NCBI GenBank assembly: GCA_028715345.1
Contig: JAQUSB010000006.1
Location: 4,096-68,095, forward strand
From: Candidatus Omnitrophota bacterium
GTDB lineage: Bacteria > Omnitrophota > Gorgyraeia > 2-01-FULL-45-10
Reading direction: 5' to 3'
DNA length: 64,000 bases
The position numbers were made by a program, and so were the translations under genes. Numbering within the stretch: position 1 is the stretch's first letter; the number at the start of each line of letters is the position of its first letter. This document shows, piece after piece, positions 11,007 through 21,505 of the stretch. The notes beneath the pieces are model-generated. The model worked only from the letters and a program-made list of their open reading frames with translations. It made no database searches and was not told the origin of the DNA.

Positions 11007-12055
11007 TTATTTGTGATCTCGATAAGCCGCAACAATTTTTCCAAAGCCCGCCCGGAATCTATGGATCCGGCGGCCATTTTTACGCCCGTCTTAAAGTCCT
11101 TCGCCTTGAAGCCGCTCACTAAAGCGGCGCTCGCGTTCATTAAAACCACGTCCCTGCACGGGCCCCGCTCGCCTTTTAGCACCGACATGATTATCGCCGC
11201 GTTCTCTTTGGCGTCACCGCCTTCGATATCTTCGAGTCTTGCTCTCTGCAAGCCGAAGTTTTTCGGAGTAATATAATAAGTCCTTATCCTCCCGGCTTTG
11301 AGTTCGGTGACGCGCGTTTTGCCCGTGACGGTTATCTCGTCGAGAGTATCCATGCCGTGTACCACAAATGCCCGCTTAACCCCCAGCCTTTTCAAAGCCA
11401 CAGCCATGACTTCCGTAAGCTTGGCGTCATATACGCCGAGAACCTGGCTGGTAGCGTTAGCCGGATTCGCAAGAGGCCCCAGAATATTGAATATCGTCCT
11501 TATACCTATCTCTTTTCTGGGTTCTACGGCATATTTCATGGCGTTATGGAATAACGGCGCATATAAAAAACCTATTCCGATCTCGATGAGGCAGCGCTGG
11601 ACGAGGTCAGGGGCCACATCCACCCTCACTCCAAGCTCTTCCAGCACATCTGCCGAACCGCAGACACTGGACGCGGCGCGATTGCCGTGCTTGGCGACTT
11701 TAAGGCCGCAGCCTGCCACAACGAACGCGGCCGCAGTCGATATATTAAAGGTATTCGTCCCGCTTCCGCCTGTCCCGCAAGTATCTACGATCGTTTCGCG
11801 ATCGATGTTTATATCTTCCCTGTCCATATCTACGGCTGATCTGCCCGAAGAAATGCGCAGAGACTTCTCCCGCATCGCTTTGGCCGCTCCGGTTATCTCA
11901 TCGGCAGTCTCGCCTTTCATCCTGAGCGCTGTCACGAACGCGCCTATCTGCGCGCCCGTCGCTTTGCCCGACATTATCTCGCCGAATGCCGTGTACATTT
12001 CATTTTCGGTCAGATCGATCCGTTTTACGGCTTTCTCTATGGCTTCGCGTATCAT
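11003..12055 (-). CDS. trpD: Anthranilate phosphoribosyltransferase
   Basis: 350 aa. [24 protein letters not shown]...AKHGNRA TrpD motifs. Confidence 0.9.
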   Translation of the reverse strand: MIREAIEKAVKRIDLTENEMYTAFGEIMSGKATGAQIGAFVTALRMKGETADEITGAAKAMREKSLRISSGRSAVDMDREDINIDRETIVDTCGTGGSGTNTFNISTAAAFVVAGCGLKVAKHGNRAASSVCGSADVLEELGVRVDVAPDLVQRCLIEIGIGFLYAPLFHNAMKYAVEPRKEIGIRTIFNILGPLANPANATSQVLGVYDAKLTEVMAVALKRLGVKRAFVVHGMDTLDEITVTGKTRVTELKAGRIRTYYITPKNFGLQRARLEDIEGGDAKENAAIIMSVLKGERGPCRDVVLMNASAALVSGFKAKDFKTGVKMAAGSIDSGRALEKLLRLIEITNK

Positions 12056-12619
12056 TTATAGCTCCAGGAAATTTTTTAACAGCATTTTGCCTTCTGCGGT
12101 CAATATAGATTCGGGGTGGAACTGGACGCCGTATATAGGATACGTCTTGTGCTCCAGCCCCATTATCTCTTTTTCCTTCGTTTGGGCCGTTATCGACAGG
12201 CATTTGGGAAAACTTTTACGCTCGACCAGAAGAGAATGGTACCGGGTCGCGTTGAAAGGGTTTTTAATGCCTTTGAATATGCCTTTGCCGTTGTGGAATA
12301 TTTTCGACGTCTTGCCGTGCATGAGTTTTTTCGCGCCCACTATCCTGCCGCCGAACACTTCGCCTATCGCCTGGTGGCCGAGACAGACGCCGAGTATCGG
12401 CGTTTGCTTACCGAATTGTCGTATGACGTCTTCGGATATCCCCGCGTCTTTAGGCACGCCGGGGCCGGGCGAGATCAGTATCTTGGCAGGTTTCAACTTC
12501 TTTATCTGCGCTATCGTTATCTTGTCATTCCGGAAAATTTTAAGGTCCGCGCCGAGCTCGCCCAGATACTGGACGAGGTTATATGTGAACGAATCGTAAT
12601 TATCTATGACTAAGATCAT
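12056..12619 (-). CDS. trpG: Anthranilate synthase component II (class-I glutamine amidotransferase)
   Basis: 187 aa. GVCLGHQAIG catalytic Cys motif and HPES His motif. Confidence 0.9.
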   Translation of the reverse strand: MILVIDNYDSFTYNLVQYLGELGADLKIFRNDKITIAQIKKLKPAKILISPGPGVPKDAGISEDVIRQFGKQTPILGVCLGHQAIGEVFGGRIVGAKKLMHGKTSKIFHNGKGIFKGIKNPFNATRYHSLLVERKSFPKCLSITAQTKEKEIMGLEHKTYPIYGVQFHPESILTAEGKMLLKNFLEL

Positions 12620-14118
12620 TCTATCCCCCGCTCCGCCATCTCTATGGCCCTTACAAGCGCCTTGGCTTTATTCACGGTCTCCTCATATTCCCGTGCCGGC
12701 ACGGAATCGGCAACCAGCCCGCCGCCCGCCTGGATATACGCGGTATTATTTTTTATGAGGACCGTCCTTATCGTGATACAGCAATCCATATTACCGGAGA
12801 AACTGAAATATCCGACGCTGCCGGCGTAAGATTTGCGCTTTCTATTCTCGAGCTCGTCTATGATCTCCATCGCCCGGACTTTAGGCGCGCCGCTCACCGT
12901 CCCTGCCGGGAAAGTAGCGCGTATGACGTCAAAGGCGTCCTTGCCTTTGGAGAGACGGCCCGAAACGTCGCTTACGATATGCATCACGTGCGAATACTTT
13001 TCGATCGTCATCAGCTCCGAGACCTTCACCGTCCTGAAATCGCAGACGCGGCCTACGTCGTTGCGGCCGAGATCGACGAGCATTATGTGCTCGGCCCGCT
13101 CTTTAGGGTCTGCCAACAGGTTCTTTACGAGGCGCTCGTCTTCCTCGTCGGTCTTGCCGCGGCGGCGCGTCCCGGCGATCGGCCTGAGCTCGACCTTGCC
13201 GTCCTCGCAGCGCACCATGACCTCGGGCGACGACCCGACGAGCGAGAAATCGCCCAACTTCAGGTAGTACATGTAAGGCGACGGGTTTATAGAGCGCAGC
13301 GCCCTGTATATCTGGAAAGGATGGCTTCTTACAGGCGTTTCGAATCTCTGCGACAGGACTACCTGTATTATGTCGCCCGCCCTGATATATTCTTTCGCTT
13401 TCTTCACCGCGGCCTCGTATCCTTTTTTCGTGAAGTTCGACCTGAATTTCAAAGGGCCTGCCTTGCGCTTCGAAGCTCTATTTCCTTTTTCAGGCGGCGG
13501 CTGTTTTAACTTTTTGACTATCTTATCGATCTTACTCGTCGCAGCGTCATATGCTGCAGACGGGTCTCCTTTAATATGCGCGTTCGACACGACCTTTATC
13601 TTATGATCGACGTGGTCGAATATCAGTATCGTGTCGGTCATCATAAAAACAGAATCGGGGATATTCAGGTCGTCTCTATTTTTATCGGGCAATCTTTCCA
13701 TGAACCTGACCATGTCATAACCCATGAATCCCACGAACCCGCCGTAGAACCTGGGAAGGCCCGGCACATCCACCACCTTATATGCGCCGAGCAGTTTCTT
13801 AAGCTCGTCTATCGGATCGGCCGCGACGAAATTTTTTACGGACTTGCCTTCGCGCAGCGTAACTTTATTGCCGCAGCTCGAAAATATGAGCGCAGGCTCG
13901 GCGCCGAGGAACGAATACCGCGCGATCCTTTCGCCGCCTTCGACGGATTCGAGTAAAAAAGAATACGCGCTCCTGTCGATCTTCGTGTAACAGGATAGCG
14001 GCGTCTCAAAGTCCGCCATGATCTCCGTATAAACGGGTATCAGGTTCCCTTTTTTCGCCAACGCTATGAACTCTTTTTTATCCGGGTGATACATATATAC
14101 CTTATTTTTTATAGACAT
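12616..14118 (-). CDS. trpE: Anthranilate synthase component I
   Basis: 500 aa. Chorismate-binding domain motifs (GAGGGLVADS...E near the C-terminus). First gene of the trp block. Confidence 0.9.
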   Translation of the reverse strand: MSIKNKVYMYHPDKKEFIALAKKGNLIPVYTEIMADFETPLSCYTKIDRSAYSFLLESVEGGERIARYSFLGAEPALIFSSCGNKVTLREGKSVKNFVAADPIDELKKLLGAYKVVDVPGLPRFYGGFVGFMGYDMVRFMERLPDKNRDDLNIPDSVFMMTDTILIFDHVDHKIKVVSNAHIKGDPSAAYDAATSKIDKIVKKLKQPPPEKGNRASKRKAGPLKFRSNFTKKGYEAAVKKAKEYIRAGDIIQVVLSQRFETPVRSHPFQIYRALRSINPSPYMYYLKLGDFSLVGSSPEVMVRCEDGKVELRPIAGTRRRGKTDEEDERLVKNLLADPKERAEHIMLVDLGRNDVGRVCDFRTVKVSELMTIEKYSHVMHIVSDVSGRLSKGKDAFDVIRATFPAGTVSGAPKVRAMEIIDELENRKRKSYAGSVGYFSFSGNMDCCITIRTVLIKNNTAYIQAGGGLVADSVPAREYEETVNKAKALVRAIEMAERGIE

Positions 14119-14488
14119 CGGACGGGTCGAAAATACGCTTGCCTATCGCTTCGAACGTCCCATCCTTCTTAAGTTTCCTGAAATAACAGGTAAAATACCC
14201 TTCGTGGCAGGCCGCGCGTTCCTGATCGACTAAGAATAATAAAGAATTGCCTTCGCAATCTATGCTCATGCTCTTCACCGCCTGCGTGCAGCCGCTCGTC
14301 TCGCCCTTAAGCATCAGGCGTCCCTTCGAGCGCCTGAAGACGTGCACCTTGCCCTCTTCGAGAGTTTTCAGGAGGGCGTCCCGGTTCATGTAGCAAAGGG
14401 TAAGCACTTCTTTCGTCTTCTCGTCCTGGATTATCGCGGGGATCAGCCCCTTGTCGTTAAATTTCAATACATCGAATATTTTTTTCAT
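14102..14488 (-). CDS. hisI: Phosphoribosyl-AMP cyclohydrolase (monofunctional HisI)
   Basis: 128 aa. LIPAIIQD...[12 protein letters not shown]...[10 protein letters not shown] motifs. No fused HisE domain. Confidence 0.85.
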   Translation of the reverse strand: MKKIFDVLKFNDKGLIPAIIQDEKTKEVLTLCYMNRDALLKTLEEGKVHVFRRSKGRLMLKGETSGCTQAVKSMSIDCEGNSLLFLVDQERAACHEGYFTCYFRKLKKDGTFEAIGKRIFDPSDVYKK

Positions 14489-15255
14489 ATTCTCACCGAT
14501 ACTTTCCTTTTTTTAAGGTAATTTTTAGCTTCCCCGACCGAGTATTCCCTGAAATGGAATATCGACGCGGCCAGGACAGCGTCCGCCTTCCCGTCAGTCA
14601 ACGCCTCATACAGGTGCTCGAGCGACCCCGCTCCTCCGGACGCTATCACCGGTATCTTCACCGACTCGCTGATCCTGCTCGTCAGAGGAATATCATAACC
14701 TTCCTTCGTGCCGTCGTAGTCCATGCTCGTCAGCAGTATCTCGCCCGCGCCCAGCCTCTCCACCTTCTTCGCCCACTTCACCGCGTCGAGCCCGGTCGGC
14801 GTCCTGCCGCCGTTGACGAACACCTCCCACTCATTTCTCGAGCGCGTCTTCGCCCTGCAGCGCGCGTCGATCGCGACGACGATGCACTGGCTGCCGAACC
14901 TCGACGACGCCTTCGCGATAAAACCCGGATCCTTCACAGCCGACGTATTTATCGACACCTTGTCGCATCCGGCATTAAGGAGCGCCCTTATGTCCTCGAT
15001 GGTGCCGATGCCGCCGCCTACCGTGAACGGCAGGAATACGCTCTCCGCCACTTTCCGGGCAAGCTCAAGCGTAGTCTTGCGTTTTTCGTGGCTGGCCGTT
15101 ATATCGAGGAATACGAGTTCGTCGGCGCCTTCTTTATCGTAATATTTCGCGTTCTCGACCGGGTCGCCGGCGTCGCGCAGATTGATGAAATTTATCCCTT
15201 TTACGACCCTGCCGTCTTTTATATCCAAACACGGTATTATGCGTTTCGTGAGCAT
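14485..15255 (-). CDS. hisF: Imidazole glycerol phosphate synthase cyclase subunit
   Basis: 256 aa. [16 protein letters not shown]...GGGIG TIM-barrel HisF motifs. Confidence 0.9.
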   Translation of the reverse strand: MLTKRIIPCLDIKDGRVVKGINFINLRDAGDPVENAKYYDKEGADELVFLDITASHEKRKTTLELARKVAESVFLPFTVGGGIGTIEDIRALLNAGCDKVSINTSAVKDPGFIAKASSRFGSQCIVVAIDARCRAKTRSRNEWEVFVNGGRTPTGLDAVKWAKKVERLGAGEILLTSMDYDGTKEGYDIPLTSRISESVKIPVIASGGAGSLEHLYEALTDGKADAVLAASIFHFREYSVGEAKNYLKKRKVSVRI

Positions 15256-15968
15256 ATATCTATAGCTTCTTTCAGATCGATCCTGCCTTCATACAGCGCT
15301 TTTCCTATTATCATGCCTTTCAGGCCTTCTTTAGCCAGCGATTTCAGCTTTTTCACGTCCTCGATAGTCGTTACCCCGCCGGCCGCTATTATGTCGGCTT
15401 TTGATATCTCCAGAAGTTCTTTGAGGCTGTGTATATTCGGCCCTTCCATCATCCCGTCTTTCGAGATATCCGTGTAGTTTACCGTTTTGATACCGAACTC
15501 ACCTACCTCTTTCACAAGGTCCGCGGCCCTTATTCCCGTCTTCTCGACCCAGCCTTTCGTGCGGACGAACCCGTCTTTCGCATCCACGCTTATTACGACC
15601 ATCTCGCGGAAATCGCTTTTGGATATGGCCGCTAAAAATTTCTTATCGAGCGCTTTGGTACCGACGCAGACTTTTTCTACGCCGGCATCGAGAACCCGCT
15701 CTATGGTCTCGATATCCCTTATGCCGCCGCCCAGCTCTATACTCGGCTTCACGGCCTTCACTATCTCGCTGACTATCTTAAGGTTTTTCAGTTCACCGCC
15801 TAAGGCGCCGTCGAGATCGACGATATGTAAAAGGCCCACACCGAACGACGCCCATTTCTCGGCCATTTCGACGGGAGATCCGGGATAGACCGTCTCCTTA
15901 TCCGCCCGGCCTTGCTCCAGACGCACCACCTTACCGCCTTTTATGTCGATCGCAGGTATTACAAGCAT
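15237..15968 (-). CDS. hisA: ProFAR isomerase (HisA)
   Basis: 243 aa. [18 protein letters not shown]-terminus; paralogous to HisF. Confidence 0.9.
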   Translation of the reverse strand: MLVIPAIDIKGGKVVRLEQGRADKETVYPGSPVEMAEKWASFGVGLLHIVDLDGALGGELKNLKIVSEIVKAVKPSIELGGGIRDIETIERVLDAGVEKVCVGTKALDKKFLAAISKSDFREMVVISVDAKDGFVRTKGWVEKTGIRAADLVKEVGEFGIKTVNYTDISKDGMMEGPNIHSLKELLEISKADIIAAGGVTTIEDVKKLKSLAKEGLKGMIIGKALYEGRIDLKEAIDICSRNA

Positions 15969-16591
15969 TAAACCCTCACGAAATTCTTAAGTATCGCCAA
16001 TCCTGTCCCCTGGCTCTTCTCGGGGTGGAACTGAAAACCGTAAATATTGCCCTTACATACGCCCGAAACAAAATCGATCCCGTAACCGGTGGTCGTCAAT
16101 ATCACGTCCTTGTCTTCCGGCTTAACATAATACGAGTGGACAAAATACATGTATGACCCGTCCGGTATGCCTTTTAACAATTTCGAACCACGGGCCCCCG
16201 CCCCGGAATTTTTATTTATGTTATTCCAGCCCATATGCGGCACTTTAAGGGCGTTTCCTTTAAATTTAAACCTCTTCGATTCGCCCTTTAATACGCACAA
16301 CCCTTTTACGCCCGGGTTTTCCCCGCTCCTCTCGAATAAAAGCTGGAGCCCGAGGCATAACCCGAGAAACGGTTTACCGGCGGCAATAGCGTCTTTGATC
16401 GGGCCGGCAAGTTTTAAACGCTTTAGCTCTTTCATCGCTTCGCCGAACGCGCCGACGCCAGGGAATACGATCTTATCGCACTTCCCGATGTCTTTAGGGT
16501 TCGATGTGACCTTTGCTTTACCCCCGGCGACTTCGAGCGCCTTCTGGACACTGCGCAAATTTCCCATCCCGTAATCTATTACCGCTATCAT
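15968..16591 (-). CDS. hisH: Imidazole glycerol phosphate synthase glutaminase subunit
   Basis: 207 aa. MIAVIDYGMGNLRSV...LGLCLGLQ catalytic Cys; FHPEKS. Confidence 0.9.
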   Translation of the reverse strand: MIAVIDYGMGNLRSVQKALEVAGGKAKVTSNPKDIGKCDKIVFPGVGAFGEAMKELKRLKLAGPIKDAIAAGKPFLGLCLGLQLLFERSGENPGVKGLCVLKGESKRFKFKGNALKVPHMGWNNINKNSGAGARGSKLLKGIPDGSYMYFVHSYYVKPEDKDVILTTTGYGIDFVSGVCKGNIYGFQFHPEKSQGTGLAILKNFVRV

Positions 16592-16598
16592 ATCTTTC

Positions 16599-17204
16599 CT
16601 AATCTATCGTTCCTTTTGTCGACGGCACGCCTTTGCGGCGGGCATCTATCTGCGTCGCCTCGTCGAGCGCTATACCCAGCGCTTTGAACGAAGCTTCAAG
16701 CACGTGGTGCGTATCCTGCCCCGAATATATCTCAACATGCAGGTTTATATTCGCGTTCTTGGCGAACGTGTCGAGGAAATCTTTCCCATCCTCTATAGTA
16801 TAACCTTCGGACGCGAGCGTATTTCCGTACGGCGGCATCTTCCATAGGAAAGCGTACCTGCCGCCGATGTCTATCATCACTTTGGCCGCGGCAAGGTCCA
16901 TCGGCACTTCCTTCGACCCGTAACGCCTGATGCCTTTGCAGTCGCCGAGCGCTTCTTTGAAAGCTTTGCCCAGACATATAGCCGCATCTTCGTTCGTGTG
17001 ATGCGCGTCGACCTTCAGGTCGCCTTTAACTTTGAGAGTAAGATCGAACAGGCCGTGAAAAGCGAATAAATTCAGCATGTGATCGAGGAACCCTATACCT
17101 GTATCGATATCTGTCTTACCGGTACCATCGACTACAAGCTTGCCCGATATGTCGGTCTCCGTAGTCTTGCGTTTTATCGTTGCGCTGCGTAATTTTTTAG
17201 CCAT
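16599..17204 (-). CDS. hisB: Imidazoleglycerol-phosphate dehydratase
   Basis: 201 aa. TTETDI...GIGFLDHML...HHxxE motifs of IGPD. Confidence 0.9.
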   Translation of the reverse strand: MAKKLRSATIKRKTTETDISGKLVVDGTGKTDIDTGIGFLDHMLNLFAFHGLFDLTLKVKGDLKVDAHHTNEDAAICLGKAFKEALGDCKGIRRYGSKEVPMDLAAAKVMIDIGGRYAFLWKMPPYGNTLASEGYTIEDGKDFLDTFAKNANINLHVEIYSGQDTHHVLEASFKALGIALDEATQIDARRKGVPSTKGTID

Positions 17205-17217
17205 TTTATCGCTCCTC

Positions 17218-18438
17218 TTATTCGAATCTCGCCCTCACCGAATCCAAATGCTTCGTCAATTTCTCTATCCCCGCCACCTTTTCGAGCGGTTCGCGCACTT
17301 TCTCGAGCGCTTTCTTCGTATATGAAATTATATGCGAACTTTTGTAGAAATCGGACACCCCGAGCCCCGAGAAGAATCTGGCGCTCCCGCCCGTCGGCAG
17401 GACGTGGCTCGGCCCCGCCACGTAATCGCCAACAGCCACCGGCGTGTACGGCCCTAAAAATATAGCTCCTGCGTGCATTATGCGCTTTGCGACCTTTTTG
17501 GGGTTATTCGTCAATATCTGCAGATGTTCGGGCGCGAGCATATTCGCGACATCAGCCGCTTCGTCCATATTTTTCACTAAAATTATGTAGCCGTGTATAT
17601 TTTCTTTTTTAAGAGCCTGCGCCAATTTCCTGGAATTGGTTATGAGTATCGACAGTCCCATGAAATGTTCCGCCTGCGCCTCGAGGTCCGCCCGTATGAA
17701 ATTTATATTAGACTGCTGGTTCGCTATTATGGCGACCTCGGTCGGGCCGGCCAGCATATCGATATCGCAATACCCGAACACCTGCCTCTTCGCTTCGGTA
17801 ACGTACGCGTTGCCGGGGCCTACTATCTTGTCGACCTTCGGCACGCTCTTCGTCCCGAACGCGAGCGCGGCTATCGCCTGGGCGCCGCCTATCTTGTAGA
17901 TCTCATCCACTTTCAGAAGGTCCGCCACCACTAGGATATGCGGATCCACCGACCTGTACTGGTTCGGCGGAGTAACGAGCACTATCTTTTTTACGCCGGC
18001 CATTTTCGCAGGTATCACGGTCATATAAACGCTCGATACGAGCGGGACGGTGCCGCTCGGCACGTAAACGCCTACCCGTTCGAGCGGCGTTACCTGCTCA
18101 CCCAGGAGCACGCCGTCCTCGTCCTTTATCTTCCATGACTTTTTCAGCTGTTTCTTGTAAAATTTCTGGACGTTCTCGAGGACGACTTTTAAGGTAGAGA
18201 CAAATTCCGGTTTTATGTCCTGGTATGCGCCGGAGGCCTCGCACTCCGATACCCGCAAGTCTTTGGCCGTGAGCTTCACACCGTCGAATTTTTTCGTATA
18301 TTTCAGGACGGCGTCGTCCCCTGAAAGTTTGACGTTATCTATGATATTGCGCACGCTCTCCGTCACGCGTTTATTGCGCCCGGAATTGCGCTGACAAAGT
18401 TTCTTGAAGCTGTTACTGCCGACCCTGACGAGTTTCAT
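17218..18438 (-). CDS. hisD: Histidinol dehydrogenase
   Basis: Start placed at ATG 18436-18438 (MKLVRV...) with GGGAGA 6 nt upstream. The ORF-finder's extension to 18465 is unsupported. HisD-length protein with a conserved C-terminal His/Glu region. Confidence 0.85.
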   Translation of the reverse strand: MKLVRVGSNSFKKLCQRNSGRNKRVTESVRNIIDNVKLSGDDAVLKYTKKFDGVKLTAKDLRVSECEASGAYQDIKPEFVSTLKVVLENVQKFYKKQLKKSWKIKDEDGVLLGEQVTPLERVGVYVPSGTVPLVSSVYMTVIPAKMAGVKKIVLVTPPNQYRSVDPHILVVADLLKVDEIYKIGGAQAIAALAFGTKSVPKVDKIVGPGNAYVTEAKRQVFGYCDIDMLAGPTEVAIIANQQSNINFIRADLEAQAEHFMGLSILITNSRKLAQALKKENIHGYIILVKNMDEAADVANMLAPEHLQILTNNPKKVAKRIMHAGAIFLGPYTPVAVGDYVAGPSHVLPTGGSARFFSGLGVSDFYKSSHIISYTKKALEKVREPLEKVAGIEKLTKHLDSVRARFE

Positions 18439-18466
18439 AGCCGATCTCCCTAAAGTTATCCACAAT

Positions 18467-18492
18467 GTAGGTCACCCTTAAGGGTGACCTAC
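18467..18492. repeat. Perfect 26-bp palindrome GTAGGTCACCCTT|AAGGGTGACCTAC in the alaS-hisD junction
   Basis: 13-bp arms with no spacer. It overlaps the alaS stop codon (18489-18491) and sits 29 nt upstream of the hisD ATG. Confidence 0.8.
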
Positions 18493-21038
18493 TTAAGCTT
18501 CTTCGCGATAATTTCCGCTATATTCTTTAACGCGCCGTCCAGCTTCGCGGGGTCTTTACCGCCGCCCTGCGCAAAGGCAGGCTTGCCTCCGCCCGAGCCT
18601 CCCAGTAGAGCGGCAAATTCTTTTGCCACGTCCCCGGCGTTCAGGCCTTTTTTATTCAATGCCTCCGTGATCGAAACCACGAAGGAGACTTTGCCGTCGC
18701 TTTTCGCGGCTAAGACCACCGCCGCGAGGTTTTCTTTAGCTTTTATCATGTCGCTCAATGCCCTCAACCCTTCCGCGTTCAAGTCTTCGATGGCCTCGGC
18801 GACTATCTTTACACCGCCCGCATTTTTAGCCTTTGCCAGCAGTCCGTCGATCCCGGACGCAGCTTTATCCAGGCGTTCCCGGCTAGCCTTCTTCTCTTTT
18901 TCTCTGAGCTCTTCGGCTTCCAGCCTCTTCTTCACCTCTTCCGCGCGCATGGCGATCCATTCATCCGCCGCACGGCCGGTAACTGCCTCTATGCGCCGGA
19001 TCCCCGACGCGATCGAACTTTCGCTCGTTATCTTGAATAAGCCTATCTCTTTAGTGTTATCGACGTGCGTGCCGCCGCAAAGTTCTTTAGATACGTCCTT
19101 TATCGAAACGACCCGCACTTTATCCTCGTATTTTTCGCCGAATAGCGCCATTGCGCCTTCGCGCCTGGCCGATGCCAGGTCTTCTATCTTTTTATGCACC
19201 GCGACGGAAGCTTTCACCCATTCGTTCACAAGCTCCTCTACGCGGGCGATCTCGCGATCTTCCATCTTCTTCATATGCGTAAAATCGAATCTCAGGTGTT
19301 CGGTGTCGACGAGCGAGCCGGTCTGATGAACGTGCTCGCCCAGCACTTTACGTAAGGCCGCCTGCAACAGATGCGTAGCTGTGTGATTTGCGGCGGTTTT
19401 CTTTCGCGCTTCTTCGTTTATCGAAACCTTTGCCGTCTCGCCTTTCGCTATCTTACCGCGTAAGATCTTGCCTATATGAACAATGGTATTGCCTATCTTT
19501 TTCGCGTCCTCGACTTCCAGAGCGCCGGACGGCGTCTCAATCTTGCCCCAATCCCCTGCCTGCCCGCCCGACTCGCCGTAAAACGGCGTCCTGTCGAGTA
19601 TCACCTCGCCGCCTTCGAGGACGGCAACGACTTTAGCTTCGGCGTGCGCCTTCTCGTATCCTAAAAATTCCGTCTTCAGGCCGAGCGCTTCGACCTTCTT
19701 GGCGAATGTCTCGGAAAATATCTCGCCTTTTATTTTGGTCTTCGCGCGCGAGCGCTCCCTCTGACTTTCCAACAGTTTTTCGAACGCGCCCCTGTCGATC
19801 TTCAGATCAAATTTTTCGGCGATGTCCTCGAGCATATCGTAAGGCATACCGTAAGTATCGTAAAAATTGAATGCCATACCGGCAAGCGCGCCGGACGAGG
19901 AGTCCTTCGCCATCTTCCCGAAAGCCTCTTCGACTTTCGGCAGCTGGGTCGAGATGACCGAAAAGAAGCTCTCCTCTTCGCGCTTTATTATCTGCGCGAT
20001 CTCTTCCCGCTTCTCTTTCACTTCGGGATAGGCGCCGCCCATTACTTCGCAAACCGTACTTACAAGTTTATACAAAAAATGTTCTTTTATGCCGATGTCC
20101 TGGCCGTGCACCATCGCCCGCCGGATGAGCTTGCGCACCACATAACCATGCTCTTCGTTCGACGGCATAACGCCGTCTGCAATACAAAAAGTCACCGCCC
20201 TGATGTGGTCCGCGATGGCTTTAACTTTCGCCTCCGACCCCGCGCCGAGGCCCTTCGCCATCTTTCGTATCTCGCCCGTTATCGGCGTAAATATGTCTAT
20301 CTCGAAATTCGTCTTAACGCCCTGCATAACGGATGCGAGCCGCTCGAGCCCCATTCCCGTATCGATATTCTTCGCGGGTAAAGGCTTCAATTTACCGTCT
20401 GGCTGGCGGTCGAATTGAGTAAAGACCATGTTCCAGACCTCAACGAACCTGCCGCAATTGCAGGCGGGCGTGCACTCCTGTTTTTTACACCCGACATCCT
20501 TGCCGTAATCATAAAATATTTCCGAGCAGGGCCCGCACGGCCCGTTAGGCCCTTTTGTCGGAGCCTCCGAAGGCCAGAAATTGTCCTTTTCGCCGAAGCG
20601 CATTATCTTCCGCTCGGGCATCTTTACAACATCCCGCCATATCGCGTATGCCTCATCGTCGTCTTTATAAACCGATGCCCATAACCTTTCGGGATCGATC
20701 TTCAGGACTTTGGTAAAATATTCCCACGCCCATTGTATCGCTTCTTTTTTGAAGTAATCGCCGAAAGAGAAATTGCCCAGCATTTCGAAGAACGTGTGAT
20801 GGCCGGAAGTTTTCCCGACATTGTCGAGATCGCCCGTGCGGAGGCACTTCTGGCTCGACGTTGCGCGCCGATAGGTAACGTTGCGCCCGAGGAATTTCTC
20901 TTTGAACTGGTTCATTCCCGCGCCGGTAAAAAGGAGCGTCGGGTCATCTTTAGGCACAAGCGAATCGCTCGGCACTATCGTATGGCCTTTAGATTTGAAG
21001 AAATCCAGGTAACTTTTTCTTATGTCGTCAGTCCGCAT
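18489..21038 (-). CDS. alaS: Alanine--tRNA ligase
   Basis: 849 aa. MRTDDIRKSYLDFFKSKGH...FTGAGMNQF class-II motif; editing-domain HxxxH and C-terminal DHHA1-like region. Confidence 0.95.
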   Translation of the reverse strand: MRTDDIRKSYLDFFKSKGHTIVPSDSLVPKDDPTLLFTGAGMNQFKEKFLGRNVTYRRATSSQKCLRTGDLDNVGKTSGHHTFFEMLGNFSFGDYFKKEAIQWAWEYFTKVLKIDPERLWASVYKDDDEAYAIWRDVVKMPERKIMRFGEKDNFWPSEAPTKGPNGPCGPCSEIFYDYGKDVGCKKQECTPACNCGRFVEVWNMVFTQFDRQPDGKLKPLPAKNIDTGMGLERLASVMQGVKTNFEIDIFTPITGEIRKMAKGLGAGSEAKVKAIADHIRAVTFCIADGVMPSNEEHGYVVRKLIRRAMVHGQDIGIKEHFLYKLVSTVCEVMGGAYPEVKEKREEIAQIIKREEESFFSVISTQLPKVEEAFGKMAKDSSSGALAGMAFNFYDTYGMPYDMLEDIAEKFDLKIDRGAFEKLLESQRERSRAKTKIKGEIFSETFAKKVEALGLKTEFLGYEKAHAEAKVVAVLEGGEVILDRTPFYGESGGQAGDWGKIETPSGALEVEDAKKIGNTIVHIGKILRGKIAKGETAKVSINEEARKKTAANHTATHLLQAALRKVLGEHVHQTGSLVDTEHLRFDFTHMKKMEDREIARVEELVNEWVKASVAVHKKIEDLASARREGAMALFGEKYEDKVRVVSIKDVSKELCGGTHVDNTKEIGLFKITSESSIASGIRRIEAVTGRAADEWIAMRAEEVKKRLEAEELREKEKKASRERLDKAASGIDGLLAKAKNAGGVKIVAEAIEDLNAEGLRALSDMIKAKENLAAVVLAAKSDGKVSFVVSITEALNKKGLNAGDVAKEFAALLGGSGGGKPAFAQGGGKDPAKLDGALKNIAEIIAKKLK

Positions 21039-21504
21039 CGGTTAAATTTTCGACTATCTTTCGCACCGTTTCGTATTTGAAGCCGCGGCGCAGTAAAAAA
21101 TCGTATACACGCTTAAGCGCCTTCCGGCGGTCGATCTTTTTGAGGCGGGCGAATTGCTCGCGCGCCATGTTAAGAGCGATCGCATACTCGTCGTATTCAT
21201 CAGCCTTCTTACTGAGGGCGTCTTCAATGAGCGGATCGGCCACGCCCTTTTCTTTAAGCTCATGGCGCAGGACGACGTCGCCGACCGGGTTTAAATGCAT
21301 CCGGCTTTCGATCCACAGTTTCGCAAATCGCGCGTCGTCGATCTCACCGATCCGTCTTAAGGATCCGACGACGAAGTCTATGACTTCGCCGCCGTAACCC
21401 TTCATCTTCAGGCGGTTACGTATCTCGAATTCGCTCCTCGGGCGCTGGCGCAGGAGCGCATAAGCGTTATTCCTCGCCCTTGTCTTTATCTTGTCGAGGT
21501 CCAA
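21028..21504 (-). CDS. recX: RecA regulator RecX
   Basis: 158 aa three-helix-repeat protein immediately downstream of recA. Overlaps the alaS start by 11 nt. Confidence 0.8.
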   Translation of the reverse strand: MDLDKIKTRARNNAYALLRQRPRSEFEIRNRLKMKGYGGEVIDFVVGSLRRIGEIDDARFAKLWIESRMHLNPVGDVVLRHELKEKGVADPLIEDALSKKADEYDEYAIALNMAREQFARLKKIDRRKALKRVYDFLLRRGFKYETVRKIVENLTDAD

Positions 21505-21505
21505 A

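Noticed and set aside
11298-12599. 433-aa plus-strand ORF, and similar long plus-strand ORFs at 2176-3009, 6464-7171, 14554-15477, 18484-19326 and 12979-13509
   Set aside because: All lie antisense to strongly conserved trp, his, alaS, pmm and manC genes. They are Ser/Pro/Arg-rich and typical of spurious frames opposite GC-moderate coding DNA.
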